Shown here piece after piece: positions 27,944-37,406 of a DNA stretch of 64,000 bases (position 1 is the first letter of the stretch; each line of letters begins with the position of its first letter). Source of the stretch: Oxalobacteraceae bacterium UBA4003 (GTDB lineage: Bacteria > Pseudomonadota > Gammaproteobacteria > Burkholderiales > Burkholderiaceae_D); contig DGBN01000046.1 in the NCBI GenBank assembly GCA_002384815.1, positions 25,489 to 89,488 on the forward strand. Reading direction: 5' to 3'. The notes beneath the pieces were generated by a model. It had not been told where the DNA came from and did not search any database. It saw only the letters and a program-made list of their open reading frames with translations. Position numbers and translations under genes: made by a program.

Positions 27944-30940
27944 ATGAGCACCAAGCCTATCCACTTTGCCACTGCAAATGCAGGTGGGACCAGCCCGCTG
28001 GCAAAACGTCTGCAAAAAGAAATGCGCGGAGACGTCCTCTTTGGCAAAGCCGATCGCGGCCGCTACGCCACCGATGCATCCATCTATCAAATCATACCGC
28101 TAGGCGTGGTGGTGCCGCGTGATCAGAACGACTTGCTGCTGTGCCTGGATATCGCACGCTCGGAAAAAACGCCTATCCTGGCGCGCGGCGGCGGCACCAG
28201 CCAGTGCGGCCAGACCGTGGGTGAAGCACTGATCATCGACAACAGCAAATGGCTCAACAACGTCATCGAGTTCGATAAGGAAAACCGCACCGTCACGGTA
28301 GAACCCGGCATTGTGCTCGATCATCTGAATGCGTGGCTGAAGCCGCACGGCCTGTGGTTCCCGGTCGACGTTTCCACCGCGGCACAGTGCACGATAGGCG
28401 GCATGAGCGGCAATAACTCCTGCGGTTCGCGTTCGATTGAATACGGTAATATGGTGCATAACGTGCTGTCCATCGACGCGGTACTGGCCGACGGTACGCA
28501 AGGCCGTTTCGAATCCTTCGACAAGATGGCGCAAACGCCGCGCCTGCAAGCCATCACGCAAGGCTTGAAAACCATCGCCATGCGCGAACGCGACGAGATC
28601 ATTGAACGCACGCCGAAAGTGCTGCGCCGCGTCGCCGGTTACAACATCGATCTGTTCGATTGCCAGAACCCACGCCACTACACCGACGACGGCAGCGCCA
28701 ACCTGGCCCACATCCTGATCGGCTCCGAAGGCACGCTGGCCTACAGTCGACAAATCACGCTGAAGCTGGTGCCGCTGCCAAAACTGAAAGTATTGGGTGT
28801 AGTCAGCTTCCCGACTTTCTATCAGGCGATGGATTCTGCACAGCACATCGTCAAGCTCGCTCCGACTGCAGTCGAACTGGTCGATCGCACAATGATCGAC
28901 CTGTCGATGAGCAATCCATCGTTCCGCCCCGTGATTCAAAAAGCGCTGGTCGGCCAACCGGAAGCGATCCTGCTGGTGGAATTTTCCGGTGACGACAAGA
29001 ATCATTTGATCGAGCGCCTGTCGGCACTGTCAGATTTGATGAGCGACCTGAATCTGCCCGGCTCGGTCATCGACATGGTGGATGCCGGCGAACAAAAGTC
29101 CCTGTGGGATGTACGCAAGGCGGGCCTCAACATCATGATGAGCATGAAGGGTGACGGCAAGCCGGTTTCGTTTATCGAAGACTGTGCGGTACCGCTGGAA
29201 CATCTGGCCGAATACACCAGCCGCTTGACCGATGTATTCCATAAATATCAAACCGAGGGCACCTGGTATGCGCACGCCAGCGTCGGCACACTGCACGTCC
29301 GTCCAATTCTCGACATGCGTCGCGAAGGCGCTGCCGACATGCGCCAGATCGCCGAAGAAGCATCGGCACTGGTACGCGAATACAAAGGAGCTTATTCCGG
29401 CGAACACGGCGATGGCTTGTGCCGTGGCGAATGGGTGTCCTGGCAGTACGGCCCAAAAATCAATCAGGCCTTCAGCGAAATCAAGGATTTGTTCGATCCG
29501 GAAAACCGCTTCAATCCGGACAAGATCGTGCGACCGCCCAAAATGGATGAGCGCAGCAACTTCCGCTTTGCCCCCGGCTACCGCGAGCTGCCCTTGCAAA
29601 CGCAGATGGATTGGTCAGCTTGGGACGTCACCCGCAATCCGGCTACCGGCGTGGAAACCGCACCCGGCACTGGCGACGATTTGACAGGCGGCTTGGCCAA
29701 AGCGGTAGAGATGTGCAACAACAATGGCCACTGCCGCAAGTTCGATGCCGGCACCATGTGCCCTAGTTACCGCATCACCAAGGATGAGCGTCACGTCACG
29801 CGCGGTCGTGCCAACACCCTGCGTCTGGCCTTGTCCGGCCAGTTGGGCGAAGAGGGGCTGGCCAGTCAGGACGTGAAGGACACGCTGGATCTGTGCGTCT
29901 CGTGCAAAGGCTGCAAACGAGATTGCCCCACCGGCGTCGACATGGCCAAGATCAAGATAGAAGCGCGTGCCGCGTGGGTGCAGAAGAACGGCAGCACGCT
30001 GCGTGAAAAAATGATTGCCTTCATGCCGCGCTATGCACCGTTTGCCAGCAAGATCGGCGGTTTGCTGGCGCTTGGCAACAACATACCTGTGTTGTCAATC
30101 TTGCTGAAAAAAAGTCTGGGCCTGGCAACGCAACGCGATTTTCCACGCTTCAAATCGTCATTCCTGTCGCATGAGCACAATCCGGTTCAAACCGGTGGCA
30201 AGGAAGTGCTGCTATTTGTCGATACCTTCAACAACTATATGGAACCGGAAAATGCAGCAGCAGCCAAAGCTGTGCTGGAAGCAGCCGGTTACACCGTGCA
30301 TTTCAACCTGAAAGCCAACGAACGTCCGCTGTGCTGCGGCCGCACTTACCTGTCGGCCGGCCTGGTCGTTGAAGCCAAACAGGAAGCGCGTCGCACACTG
30401 GATACCTTGAAACCCTTCGTCGAACGCGGCGTTGCCATCGTCGGCCTGGAACCATCCTGCCTGCTATCGCTACGTGATGAATTCCTCAGCTATGGCTATG
30501 GCGATGAAGCCAGAGCATTGGCAGCGCAAGCCTATCTGTTCGAGGAATTCCTGGTGCATGAACACAGTGCCGGTCGCCTGCAACTCGACCTCAAGCCATT
30601 GTCCAGCAATCAGGCCATGGTGCACGGCCATTGCCATCAAAAGGCATTCGACGCCTTCCGGCCGGTACAAACCGTGCTGAAGTGGATACCTCAGTTGCAA
30701 GTGTCAGTGATCGAATCGTCCTGTTGCGGCATGGCTGGCAGCTTCGGTTATGAAGCCGAGCATTACGAAGCTTCGCAGGCGATGGCGGAACTGTCGCTGT
30801 TACCGGCCATACGCAAGGCTGAGAGCGGCACGCTGATCGTCGCCGACGGTACCAGTTGCCGCCACCAGATTGCCGATGGCACCGATGAAGAACCTATCCA
30901 CGTCGCACGTGTCCTGGCTGCAGCATTGCAAGGTGATTGA
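27944..30940 (+). CDS. FAD-binding/4Fe-4S 2-hydroxyacid oxidoreductase (GlcD/GlcF-like fusion, D-lactate dehydrogenase-like)
   Basis: YATDASIY, RGGGTSQCGQ, GSEGTL, SGEHGDG, CNNNGHC/CPSY and CVSCKGCKRDCP ferredoxin motifs, C-terminal CCG domains (HGHCH, CCGMAGSFG). Confidence 0.92.
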   Translation: MSTKPIHFATANAGGTSPLAKRLQKEMRGDVLFGKADRGRYATDASIYQIIPLGVVVPRDQNDLLLCLDIARSEKTPILARGGGTSQCGQTVGEALIIDNSKWLNNVIEFDKENRTVTVEPGIVLDHLNAWLKPHGLWFPVDVSTAAQCTIGGMSGNNSCGSRSIEYGNMVHNVLSIDAVLADGTQGRFESFDKMAQTPRLQAITQGLKTIAMRERDEIIERTPKVLRRVAGYNIDLFDCQNPRHYTDDGSANLAHILIGSEGTLAYSRQITLKLVPLPKLKVLGVVSFPTFYQAMDSAQHIVKLAPTAVELVDRTMIDLSMSNPSFRPVIQKALVGQPEAILLVEFSGDDKNHLIERLSALSDLMSDLNLPGSVIDMVDAGEQKSLWDVRKAGLNIMMSMKGDGKPVSFIEDCAVPLEHLAEYTSRLTDVFHKYQTEGTWYAHASVGTLHVRPILDMRREGAADMRQIAEEASALVREYKGAYSGEHGDGLCRGEWVSWQYGPKINQAFSEIKDLFDPENRFNPDKIVRPPKMDERSNFRFAPGYRELPLQTQMDWSAWDVTRNPATGVETAPGTGDDLTGGLAKAVEMCNNNGHCRKFDAGTMCPSYRITKDERHVTRGRANTLRLALSGQLGEEGLASQDVKDTLDLCVSCKGCKRDCPTGVDMAKIKIEARAAWVQKNGSTLREKMIAFMPRYAPFASKIGGLLALGNNIPVLSILLKKSLGLATQRDFPRFKSSFLSHEHNPVQTGGKEVLLFVDTFNNYMEPENAAAAKAVLEAAGYTVHFNLKANERPLCCGRTYLSAGLVVEAKQEARRTLDTLKPFVERGVAIVGLEPSCLLSLRDEFLSYGYGDEARALAAQAYLFEEFLVHEHSAGRLQLDLKPLSSNQAMVHGHCHQKAFDAFRPVQTVLKWIPQLQVSVIESSCCGMAGSFGYEAEHYEASQAMAELSLLPAIRKAESGTLIVADGTSCRHQIADGTDEEPIHVARVLAAALQGD

Positions 30941-31098
30941 AAAACCATGATCGTTAAGGAATGAGCACCGAATCGTGCCCCTTATATAATGCGGGTATGC
31001 TGCATCGCAATCACTTGTCGATCTGAAGCGGTACATGCGCGCAATGTCTGATTCCATTCAGGATACTATGTGCATCACACACTCATTTCCGTCCGTTC

Positions 31099-31926
31099 AT
31101 GACTACTTACGCAATTGGCGACCTGCAGGGTTGCCACACGCAACTGCTGGCGTTACTGGATAAGATCGATGCAATCGCGCCGCATGCGCAACTGATCTTC
31201 GTCGGTGACATTGTCAATCGCGGCCCCAAATCCCTGGCAACACTGCGCCACATATATGGTTTGAAACAACGCGCCCGCATCGTGCTCGGCAATCATGACT
31301 TGAATTTGCTGGCAGTCGCCTGCGGTTTGCGCAAACCGCACCATGCGGACACGCTAGCCGATATCCTTGCGGCACACGATCGCGAAGAATTACTGAGCTG
31401 GCTGCGTCATCAACCACTGGCATTGGAACAGGATGGGTATTTGTGCGTGCATGCCGGCATATTGCCGCAATGGAGTATGCAACAAACACTGGCGCTTTCA
31501 CGCGAAGTGGAAATCGTATTGCAAAGCGAGAGTTGGGTAGCGTTTCTGCAGCAGATGTATGGCAATCAACCGGCGCGCTGGGACGACAATCTGCAAGGTG
31601 CGGATCGCTTGCGCTGCATCGTCAATGCCTTGACTCGCCTGCGCTTTTGCCTGCCGGATGGCAACATGGATTTTACAACCACCGAAGCTGCTGAAAATGC
31701 ACCTGCCGGCCTGTTGCCATGGTTCGATTGTCCGGATCGCAAAACCGCCGACAGCACCGTCGTATTCGGTCATTGGTCTACGCTAGGCTTGCTGATGCGC
31801 CCCAAGCTGCTAGGCCTGGATACCGGCTGTGTGTGGGGCGGCAAGCTGACTGCAGTCAATCTGCAGGATAGAACCGTGATACAGGTAGCCTGCCCGCAGC
31901 ATCAGCGGCCAGGCAAAAAAAACTAG
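31099..31926 (+). CDS. apaH: Symmetrical bis(5'-nucleosyl)-tetraphosphatase
   Basis: [33 protein letters not shown]. Confidence 0.96.
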   Translation: MTTYAIGDLQGCHTQLLALLDKIDAIAPHAQLIFVGDIVNRGPKSLATLRHIYGLKQRARIVLGNHDLNLLAVACGLRKPHHADTLADILAAHDREELLSWLRHQPLALEQDGYLCVHAGILPQWSMQQTLALSREVEIVLQSESWVAFLQQMYGNQPARWDDNLQGADRLRCIVNALTRLRFCLPDGNMDFTTTEAAENAPAGLLPWFDCPDRKTADSTVVFGHWSTLGLLMRPKLLGLDTGCVWGGKLTAVNLQDRTVIQVACPQHQRPGKKN

Positions 31927-32669
31927 GCTGCTTGCACTGCACGTTCAGCATAACCGAGTGCGTCTGCAATGGCCCCACGTGCCGCCTGCGACAGCTCTCG
32001 TCTGTGCGCACCCGCTGTATCTATTGTCGGTAGCACGATCAATTGTGCCGTCATTTTGCGCGTCTTCATGATCAGCAGCATGCTATCGACAAAGCTCATA
32101 TCGCCAATAAAATCTGCCGCTGCATGCAGATTGCCGCGCGCATCCACATAGCGTAGTGCATACGGTTGCACCGGCACCTGCGCTTCAATCGCAGCTTCAA
32201 ACAGATTCGGATGAAAAGGCAGCAGACTGCCTTGCGCCACCGTCGTACCCTCGGGGAAAAATGCAATGCGCTCGCCTGCTTCTATGCTGTTCACCAGACC
32301 TTCGTAGACCCGCCTTACCTCTCGCTGCTTGCCGCGTGCAATAAAGATCGTACCGCCTTGCGCACACAACCAGCCCAGCACCGGCCATTTGCGAATATCC
32401 GCCTTTGCAACAAAGCGGCAGGGTTGCATGGAATTGATGACGAATATATCCAGCCACGAAACATGATTGGCCACGATCAGCGCACGATGTACCGGCTCTG
32501 CACCTGGCAGCAAATCCACCTTGATTTTCAGGATGGACAGCAAGCCTGCCGCCCATTCTTGACTGAGTCGATCACGGCTTGTCGCAGCGACCCAGGGGAA
32601 AATGAAAGCGGCAGTAGCCAGGCCACGCAGCAAATGCAGCATCACGCGCACGAACGACACGACTATCAT
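31923..32669 (-). CDS. plsC: 1-acyl-sn-glycerol-3-phosphate acyltransferase family
   Basis: NHVSWLD (HX4D) and FFPEGT motifs. Confidence 0.88.
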   Translation of the reverse strand: MIVVSFVRVMLHLLRGLATAAFIFPWVAATSRDRLSQEWAAGLLSILKIKVDLLPGAEPVHRALIVANHVSWLDIFVINSMQPCRFVAKADIRKWPVLGWLCAQGGTIFIARGKQREVRRVYEGLVNSIEAGERIAFFPEGTTVAQGSLLPFHPNLFEAAIEAQVPVQPYALRYVDARGNLHAAADFIGDMSFVDSMLLIMKTRKMTAQLIVLPTIDTAGAHRRELSQAARGAIADALGYAERAVQAA

Positions 32670-32724
32670 GCACGCACCTGCGAGCGAAGGAACGGATACA
32701 TCGGCATCATCAACGAGATGGCGC

Positions 32725-34023
32725 CTAGCGTTGATACGCGATATGGCCTGCCACGATCGTCGTCTTCACCTGGCCGCTCAATTCATAGCCGAGAAAAGGC
32801 GTATGTTTACCCTGACTGGCCAGGGCTTTGGCGGCCACCGTCCAACGCGCTGCCGGATCAAACAGGCAGATATCGGCCACGCTGCCAAGCGCCAATTGTC
32901 CCGACGGCAGACCGACTATGCGGGCAGCATCGGCAGTGATCTTGCCGATCGCCTGCATCAACGATTGCTGATTCAATTGCCTGTTTTGCGCCGCGCAATC
33001 TTCGGCCCATTTCAAGGCCAGCGACAACAGCAATTCCAGGCCGGTAGCGCCTGGCGATGCCTCACCGAAGGGCAGCAGTTTTTCATCGTCATCGACCGGT
33101 GTATGGTCGGAACAGATCGCGTCAATGGTCCCGTCCAGCAGAGCACGGTGTATCGCATCTCGATCGCGCTGGCTGCGTAATGGCGGCGTCAGGCGCGCAT
33201 TTGAATCGAAGAAGCCGATATCGTTTTCGGTCAGATGAATATGATGCGCGCCTACGTCACAACTGATCGGCAAACCTTCCTGCTTCGCCGCCCGTACCAG
33301 TTCCAGCCCTGCAGCAGTCGACATGCGACACAGATGCACGCGCGTACCGGTGACACGTACCAGTTCCAGTATCGTATGCAAGGCAATCGTTTCGGCCATT
33401 ACCGGCACACCTGACAAACCCAGGCGCGAGGCAACCGGTCCGCTGTGCGCCACACCCTTGCGACCCAGATGCGGATCTTGCGGACGCAACCACACTGTGT
33501 AGTCAAATGTTTTCGCATACTGCATCGCGCGCAGCAACACGGTGGTGTCGAGGATAGGCTGATCGGCTTGAGCAAAACCGATACAGCCGGCATCTGTAAG
33601 CTCTGCCATCTCGGTCAGCGCTTCGCCCTTCAAGCCCATCGTCAAGGCACCGAGCGGATAGACATGCGCCTGATTCAGCGATTTGGCTCTGTACTTGAGC
33701 ATCTCGACCAGGCCCGGCTCATCCAGCACGGGATCGGTGTCCGGCGGACAGATCAGGCTGGTCACGCCGCCCTGTATCGCTGCCTGCATTTCGGATTCCA
33801 GTGTGGCCTTGTGTTCGTAACCAGGTTCGCGCAAGCGTGCACTCAGGTCAACCAGGCCGGGGGCAACGATCAAGCCGCCAGCATCAATCACCTTGGTAGC
33901 GACAAAACCGTCTGGCGCTTGCCCTATGCCGACAATTTTTCCTGCCGCGATAAAGACATCCTGTTTTGCATCGACGCCGTTGGCCGGATCGATCAGATGG
34001 CCATTCTTGATGTGGATTTTCAT
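32725..34023 (-). CDS. pyrC: Dihydroorotase-like protein (PyrC'/PyrX type, probably catalytically inactive ATCase subunit)
   Basis: Amidohydrolase fold next to pyrB, but the metal-binding HXH motif reads DLSARLREPG. Confidence 0.85.
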   Translation of the reverse strand: MKIHIKNGHLIDPANGVDAKQDVFIAAGKIVGIGQAPDGFVATKVIDAGGLIVAPGLVDLSARLREPGYEHKATLESEMQAAIQGGVTSLICPPDTDPVLDEPGLVEMLKYRAKSLNQAHVYPLGALTMGLKGEALTEMAELTDAGCIGFAQADQPILDTTVLLRAMQYAKTFDYTVWLRPQDPHLGRKGVAHSGPVASRLGLSGVPVMAETIALHTILELVRVTGTRVHLCRMSTAAGLELVRAAKQEGLPISCDVGAHHIHLTENDIGFFDSNARLTPPLRSQRDRDAIHRALLDGTIDAICSDHTPVDDDEKLLPFGEASPGATGLELLLSLALKWAEDCAAQNRQLNQQSLMQAIGKITADAARIVGLPSGQLALGSVADICLFDPAARWTVAAKALASQGKHTPFLGYELSGQVKTTIVAGHIAYQR

Positions 34024-34026
34024 CTT

Positions 34027-34986
34027 TTAATTTCCCGCCAAAATACTCATCACTGCCATCCGCACCGCAATGCCAAATGTCACTTGCGGCAGTATCACTG
34101 CCTGCTTGCCGTCTGCCACTGCCGATTCGATTTCCACTCCGCGATTCATCGGACCGGGATGCATGACAATGGCATCCGGTTTGGCCAGCGCCAGGCGTTC
34201 AGTCGTCAAACCGTAGCTCTTGAAAAATTCCTGCGCCGAAGGCAACAAGGCGCCGCTCATGCGCTCGTTCTGCAAGCGCAGCATGATGATGACGTCGACA
34301 TCTTTCAAGCCCTTGTTGATATCGGTAAAGACACGCACTCCCATTTGCTCCAGGCCGCTAGGAAGCAAGGTACGTGGGCCAATGGCGCGTACTTCGGGTA
34401 CGCCCAGCGTGGTCAGCGCATGAATATCGGAACGTGCCACGCGACTGTGCAGAATATCGCCAACGATGGCGACCGTCAGATTAGTGAAATCCTTTTTATA
34501 GTGACGGATCGTGTACATATCCAGCAAACCCTGCGTCGGGTGTGCATGACGGCCATCCCCTGCATTCACAACGCGGACATGCGATTGCCCGGTATCGCTC
34601 AGATGTTTTGCGATCAGATACGGCGCGCCGGATTCGGCATGGCGCACGACAAACATATCGGCATGCATTGCCGCCAGATTGTCTATCGTATCCAGCAGCG
34701 ATTCGCCCTTGCTGGAACTTGATGCCTGGATATTCAGGTTGATCACATCGGCGGATAAACGCTTGGATGCAATTTCAAATGTAGTGCGCGTGCGCGTCGA
34801 ATTCTCAAAGAACAGATTGAAAACACTTTTGCCACGCATCAGCGGCACTTTTTTTACTTCACGATCACCGATGCTGACAAACGACGATGCCGTATCGAGG
34901 ATGTGAATGATGTTGGACTTGGGCAGCCCCTCTATCGTGAGCAAATGTTGCAACTCACCGTTTTTATTCAGTTGCGGATTAAGCAT
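34027..34986 (-). CDS. pyrB: Aspartate carbamoyltransferase catalytic subunit
   Basis: [27 protein letters not shown]. Confidence 0.97.
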   Translation of the reverse strand: MLNPQLNKNGELQHLLTIEGLPKSNIIHILDTASSFVSIGDREVKKVPLMRGKSVFNLFFENSTRTRTTFEIASKRLSADVINLNIQASSSSKGESLLDTIDNLAAMHADMFVVRHAESGAPYLIAKHLSDTGQSHVRVVNAGDGRHAHPTQGLLDMYTIRHYKKDFTNLTVAIVGDILHSRVARSDIHALTTLGVPEVRAIGPRTLLPSGLEQMGVRVFTDINKGLKDVDVIIMLRLQNERMSGALLPSAQEFFKSYGLTTERLALAKPDAIVMHPGPMNRGVEIESAVADGKQAVILPQVTFGIAVRMAVMSILAGN

Positions 34987-35491
34987 GATCCACCGTCAGG
35001 GAAAAGCGGCCATCGTCGGCCCGTTGAAGTACCAGCGATTGCTGGTCTGGAATGGAAATAGTTTTGGCTACGAAGTCAGCGGCAATCGGTAATTCGCGAC
35101 CGCCGCGATCAGCCAATGCTGCCAGCATGATGCGCGCCGGGCGGCCATAGTCGAACAGTTCATTGATCGCTGCGCGTGTGGTGCGTCCGGTGTACAACAC
35201 GTCATCCACCAGCAGAATGGTCGCACCATCGACATCGAACGGAATTTGCGTCGGCCTGACATCAGGTCGCAAACCTTTTTCCGCAAAATCATCGCGATAA
35301 AAAGAAACGTCGATGAAGCCCAGACGCTCAGTCAGTTGCAACTCGGTCGCCAGACGTTCTGCCAGCCATGCACCACCGGAATAAATACCGACGATTGCGA
35401 CATTCTCGGCTTTTTCCAGAGCGGTTTTTACTTGTTGCGCCAGCACTTGATACAAGGCTTCGGCGTTTAGTTCAGGATTCGGTATGGTCAT
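34979..35491 (-). CDS. pyrR: Pyrimidine regulatory protein/uracil phosphoribosyltransferase
   Basis: [13 protein letters not shown] motif [21 protein letters not shown]. Confidence 0.93.
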   Translation of the reverse strand: MTIPNPELNAEALYQVLAQQVKTALEKAENVAIVGIYSGGAWLAERLATELQLTERLGFIDVSFYRDDFAEKGLRPDVRPTQIPFDVDGATILLVDDVLYTGRTTRAAINELFDYGRPARIMLAALADRGGRELPIAADFVAKTISIPDQQSLVLQRADDGRFSLTVDHA

Positions 35492-35861
35492 CGAAGTATT
35501 GTTGCAAGATGATTGCAGCGGCCTGATCATCGATCAGATCGCCGCGTTGATGAGAAATCACTGCGGATGAATAACGCTCATCCACCAGCACCGTTGCCAC
35601 GTCAAAACGTCCATGCAATTGATTCGCGAAGCGGCGACAGCGAACCGTCATTTCATGCTCTGCGCCATCCGGGTGGCACGGTAGGCCGACGATGCACAAG
35701 GCGGGCTGCCATTGCGTGACCAGCTCGGCAATCGCCGCAAACTTTGCGTCGTTGGTCGCCGCGCTGATGATCGTCAGCGGTTGCGCCTGCTTCAATAAGG
35801 TATTGCCCACTGCGACGCCGATGCGCTTCAAACCGAAATCGAAACCCAGCACGGTTTCCAC
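35472..35861 (-). CDS. ruvX: YqgF/RuvX family nuclease (pre-16S rRNA maturation)
   Basis: LGFDFGLKRIGVAVG, VDERYSS, DDQAAAIILQQY. GTG start. Confidence 0.92.
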   Translation of the reverse strand: METVLGFDFGLKRIGVAVGNTLLKQAQPLTIISAATNDAKFAAIAELVTQWQPALCIVGLPCHPDGAEHEMTVRCRRFANQLHGRFDVATVLVDERYSSAVISHQRGDLIDDQAAAIILQQYFDDHTES

Positions 35862-35882
35862 TAGGATGCAGTTCCATCGTTA

Positions 35883-36560
35883 TCACGCATGGCCGGCCTC
35901 ACCGCTCAACATCATCGGATCAATGCCGAGCAATTTGAGCGCCGCAACGAAACGCTGTTCCAGCGGCAGATCGAACATGATGTCCGGGTCGGCACGCACT
36001 GTCAGCCAGCCGTTGCGAACAATTTCATCTTCCAGTTGACCCGCGCTCCAGCCGGAACAACCGAGGCTGACCAGCATGCGCTGCGGTCCGGCACCCATGG
36101 CAACCGCTTCGAGTATGTCTTTGGATGTCGTCAGTGCAATGTCACCGGCAACCGGCATCGTCGACGAAAAATCCCCGCGTGGCGCATGCAGCACAAAACC
36201 ACGATCTGCTTGCACCGGACCGCCGTACATCACCGGTGTTTTTTCCAGCGGCAGCAGATCCGGTGCGATTTCCAGCTTCAGATCGATACGGCTGAGCAAA
36301 ACACTCACTGTCATGTCGGTCGGCTTGTTGATAATCACACCCAGGGCACCATTCGCATTATGTTCGCACAGATACACGACCGTGCCGCCGAAAACCGGGT
36401 CCTGCATGGAAGGCATCGCGATCAGGAAATGATCGGCCAGATTCAGCTCATTGGCCGAGGCTGTATCAGGGGATTCATCAGGAGTTGCAGAAAAATCGAG
36501 GGATTCCCAGGGTGAACCGGGCTCGCTAGGGGATTTGCTGGACTTACGTTGCTTCGACAT
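35883..36560 (-). CDS. yqgE: YqgE/AlgH family protein (DUF179)
   Basis: HFLIAMP, GALGVIINKP, GGPVQADRGFVLH, GWSAGQLE, terminal GHA. Start uncertain. Confidence 0.92.
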   Translation of the reverse strand: MSKQRKSSKSPSEPGSPWESLDFSATPDESPDTASANELNLADHFLIAMPSMQDPVFGGTVVYLCEHNANGALGVIINKPTDMTVSVLLSRIDLKLEIAPDLLPLEKTPVMYGGPVQADRGFVLHAPRGDFSSTMPVAGDIALTTSKDILEAVAMGAGPQRMLVSLGCSGWSAGQLEDEIVRNGWLTVRADPDIMFDLPLEQRFVAALKLLGIDPMMLSGEAGHA

Positions 36561-36664
36561 AGTCGTTATTTTAGCAGTTCTGGACAAATTTTCTGCTCCA
36601 AACCGTGCATAGCATGGTTTTTCCTGAATTCTTTATTCCTCCCGTTTTGCCGGATATTTGCTTC

Positions 36665-37345
36665 ATGTCCCGATTTGTAAAGACACTGGTTTGGTTTCGC
36701 CGCGACTTGCGCAGCGTTGACCATGCCGCGCTCCACCATGCGCTCAGGAACAGTCGGCAGGTTTACTGCGTCTTTATCTTCGCCGCACCATTCTGGACCC
36801 ATTACCCAAAGCCGACCGTCGCGTCGAATTCATTCACGCCAGCTTGCCGGGACTAGCGCCGGTCTTGCAGGCACTGGGCGGCTTGATCGTGCGACATGCA
36901 TGGGCCGAGACAACCATACCCGAATTGGCAATCGAGCTGGATGTTGATGCAGTACTTGTCAACCACGATTACGAACCACAGGCAATTGCACGCGATGCAA
37001 AAGTGGCTGCGGCACTTCAGGAAGCCGGTTGCTCAATGCATACGTACATCTCCCGGCACCGTTTCGATTCGCGCTCTGGTACGACTTGCACTTGATGCGA
37101 TGCGCACAGGCAAAGGTGGCAGTAGTGCGACAGTTTGCTTGTCGGAACTGGTATGACGCGATTTTTACTTCATGATCCTGTTTCAGCATCCGCACGTAGT
37201 CAGCCATGCATTCAAACCGGATTACGACGCAATCACATGGAAGAACGGCGATCATCCCAGTCCGCTGGTGCCGCATAAAGAAGCGCGGACACGCACCTTG
37301 CAGCGTTACGCAATGCTTAGAAAAATCGCCACGTATACTGAATAA
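36665..37345 (+). pseudogene. phrB: Decayed DNA photolyase (phrB)
   Basis: Collinear fragments LVWFRRDLR..DHAAL / ILDPLPKADRRVEFIH / VLVNHDYEP / GTVSIRALVR / LSELV*RDFY / PLVPHKEARTRTLQRY, broken by a frameshift, a stop codon and two apparent large deletions. Confidence 0.9.
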
Positions 37346-37362
37346 AATTGACATCCAGAACA

Positions 37363-37390
37363 AAAAATCCCGCACATGTGCGGGATTTTT
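37363..37390. terminator. Bidirectional intrinsic terminator downstream of chpA and the phrB remnant
   Basis: Perfect 28-bp palindrome AAAAATCCCGCACATGTGCGGGATTTTT. Confidence 0.85.
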
Positions 37391-37406
37391 CACGAATAAC
37401 GGGCAA

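Noticed and set aside
19965-30940. Calling the island a canonical beta-hydroxyaspartate cycle (bhcABCD)
   Set aside because: No BhcB dehydratase, no BhcD reductase and no IclR-type BhcR in the window, so bhc gene symbols were not assigned.
33445-34722. 425-aa plus-strand ORF
   Set aside because: Antisense shadow of pyrC' and pyrB.
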